Positions 63,439 through 64,000 of a stretch of 64,000 nt of DNA are shown piece after piece. The stretch lies in the NCBI GenBank assembly GCA_963924565.1, contig OZ004609.1:37262001-37326000 (forward strand). Direction: 5' to 3'. This DNA comes from Ascidiella aspersa. Taxonomy: Eukaryota. The translations under genes and the position numbers were made by a program. Each line of letters begins with the position of its first letter. Within the stretch, counting starts at the first letter, position 1. The notes under the pieces were generated by a model. The model ran no database searches, had not been told where the DNA came from, and saw nothing but the letters and a program-made list of their open reading frames with translations.

Positions 63439-64000
63439 CTGATAACTAATTAAAGTTGGTAAAATATTTTCTAAAAATCCACAGTAAAGTAGAGCTCTTA
63501 GTTATCCTCGTATTTTTTTGTAAACCTGTTAATATCGGCACCGGCTGATTCACACTATAGGCCTGCAGTTAATATTCGGTTAGAAGTAAGTCAATCACTG
63601 GACTAAATCAACTTTTTCTTAAGTTCTGCCACAGAAAGCTATATTCAATTCACCCAAATACAAAGCAAGGACGTCCGAGAATATCGGAGCCGATACCCGA
63701 TACCAATTATCGATTCAATGTAGAATGGTGACGCGGCGTTACCATAGCGACGCCGACCTAACACTATCCGTTACACTCGCGTGTCCTTTTGACCTTGAAA
63801 CCATGTGTAAAAAACGAGCGCATCTGTCGCGGTCTATAGAAACCATAAACGACCTTGAAGCAGAAAAGCGTTTGAAAACGCTCTTCTAAAGAATAAAAAG
63901 ATTGTTAACTGACAAATAGCTTTTTTAAAAGAAATGATTTTAAGAAATAAATGACCTTTAAAAAACACTTTAAACTTATAAATTACATTTAAATATTTAA

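Overview
AT-rich, intron-containing eukaryotic DNA, most likely from an ascidian (tunicate). That assignment is inferred from a Ciona-type globin, strong TGACGTCA enrichment and dense MITEs. Four protein-coding genes were reconstructed by hand with frame-consistent GT-AG junctions. (1) + strand, join(5642-5893,6563-6677,6924-7252,9183-9328,10924-11082,11713-11853), first exon not found: PAN/apple domain + Pro-Thr-Arg-Tyr repeat + F5/8 type C (discoidin) domain. (2) + strand, join(15287-15436,17706-18083,18619-18711,19529-19726,20300-21133): 550-aa signal peptide-LRRNT-LRRs-LRRCT-TM protein with a short tail and no TIR domain. (3) - strand, 30156-29452: 234-aa two-TM protein (TMEM238-like) with an MGCCCC N-terminus. 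(4) - strand, join(60796-60699,52268-52149,51335-51215,50080-49931): 162-aa globin with B12.2, E10.2 and G7.0 introns, mostly missed by the ORF track. The rest is intron or intergenic DNA with hAT- and Harbinger-like MITEs, foldback elements, minisatellites and a tandem array of tRNA-like units. No prokaryote-type system (CRISPR, operon) is present. The most unusual signals are the lectin/cationic Tyr-rich repeat/lectin protein, repeated copies of exon-intron junctions about 260-290 bp inside introns, and the tRNA-like array.
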